DNA from: Anaerolineae bacterium
Lineage (GTDB): Bacteria; Chloroflexota; Anaerolineae; CG2-30-64-16
Assembly: GCA_034432655.1 (NCBI GenBank)
Contig: DAOUBP010000157.1
Coordinates: 6,874 to 70,873, forward strand
Length of the DNA: 64,000 bases
Reading direction: 5' to 3'
Shown piece by piece: positions 63,268 to 64,000 of this stretch. Under the pieces are notes generated by a model that made no database searches, was not told the DNA's origin, and saw nothing but the letters and a program-made list of their open reading frames with translations. The translations under genes and the position numbers were made by a program. The stretch's first letter is position 1. Each line of letters starts with the position of its first letter.

Positions 63268-64000
63268 TTAACGCTTCGCCTGGGCCTGCGCTGCAACAGC
63301 CGCTGCAGCCCGCGCCGCGGCTTCCGGATCGCCGAGATAGTAGTGCCGGATGGGCTTCAAATCATCGTCCAGCTCGTACACCAACGGGATGCCGGTGGGG
63401 ATGTTCAGCTCGACGATGTCTTCATCGGAGATGTTATCCAGATACTTCACCAACGCGCGCAGGCTATTACCGTGCGCCGCAATGATGACCCGCTTGCCAG
63501 CTTTCAGAGTTGGCACGATTGTCTCGTGCCAGAAGGGCAAGAAACGGGCCACGGTGTCTTTCAAACACTCGGTGAACGGAATGTCTTCGGGTGCCAGGTC
63601 CTTGTAGCGAGGATCGTGACCCGGCCAGCGCGGGTCATCCCTGGTCAGGGCCGGCGGTCGGACATCATAAGAGCGGCGCCACAACTTCACCTGCTTCTCA
63701 CCGTATTGCTCAGCGGTCTGGGCTTTGTTGAGACCTTGTAAAGCGCCGTAATGCCGTTCGTTGAGACGCCAAGAATTGATGATCGGGATCCACATCAGGT
63801 CCATCTCATCCAGCACAATCCAAAGGGTGCGGATCGCGCGCTTCAATACGGATGTGTAAGCAATGTCAAAGACATAACCTTCTTCACGCAGCAGCCGGCC
63901 GGCCTCATGAGCCTCCTGCAGGCCTTTTTCGGATAGATCCACATCGGTCCATCCGGTGTAAAGATTCTCCTTGTTCCAGACGCTCTCGCCGTGGCGGAGC
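63268..64000 (-). CDS. gpmA: 2,3-bisphosphoglycerate-dependent phosphoglycerate mutase; N-terminus runs past window end
   Basis: Upstream of the track ORF the frame continues as [26 protein letters not shown] (dPGM catalytic His motif). Confidence 0.9.
   Translation of the reverse strand, partial: LRHGESVWNKENLYTGWTDVDLSEKGLQEAHEAGRLLREEGYVFDIAYTSVLKRAIRTLWIVLDEMDLMWIPIINSWRLNERHYGALQGLNKAQTAEQYGEKQVKLWRRSYDVRPPALTRDDPRWPGHDPRYKDLAPEDIPFTECLKDTVARFLPFWHETIVPTLKAGKRVIIAAHGNSLRALVKYLDNISDEDIVELNIPTGIPLVYELDDDLKPIRHYYLGDPEAAARAAAAVAAQAQAKR

Overview
High-GC (about 65%) bacterial chromosomal segment, about 55 genes, densely coded. The lineage looks Chloroflexi-like: sigma70-type promoters, a mevalonate-pathway HMG-CoA reductase and many cell-envelope glycosylation genes. 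This lineage call is a guess from gene content only. Gene content in order: partial oligoendopeptidase F and leucyl aminopeptidase; a small Cys-rich peptide gene, a BamB-like lipoprotein, a truncated radical-SAM maturase fragment and an ABC-2 exporter, which together look like a remnant or atypical RiPP locus; a polyprenyl-synthase-like gene with a HisKA_3 kinase and NarL-type regulator; a minus-strand block with uracil-DNA glycosylase-family protein, FAD oxidoreductase, HAD hydrolase, SDR, PaaI thioesterase, HMG-CoA reductase, Lon and FolC; a large polytopic membrane protein and a LysM protein; a membrane receptor with periplasmic Reg_prop/Y_Y_Y propeller fused to a STAND-like P-loop NTPase, followed by a paralogous soluble NTPase; a large glycan/Arn-like envelope-modification locus (two DegT aminotransferases, Gfo/Idh/MocA oxidoreductase, UDP-sugar epimerase/dehydratase, ArnC-like and other GT2, GT4, ArnT/GT39-like GT-C, DUF2079, LPG-synthase-TM-like); LMW-PTP, HPF, ComF and a DPM-synthase-like GT2; an Rrf2 regulator with promoter and palindromic operator ahead of cydA, cydB and a fused cydDC; secG and an oligopeptide SBP; three tRNAs (Leu-CAG, initiator fMet, Met/Ile-CAT) each with a near-consensus promoter; msrA, P5C dehydrogenase, DinB-family protein, fdhD, a CBM48-like protein and partial gpmA. 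A striking window-wide feature is abundant heptanucleotide tandem repeats (STRR-like) forming intergenic hairpins and also inserted in-frame inside several coding sequences. No CRISPR, rRNA, transposase or integrase was seen. The ORF track shows GTG/TTG starts as M, so several starts were re-chosen using RBS and overlap logic. Fine coordinates may be off by 1-2 nt.
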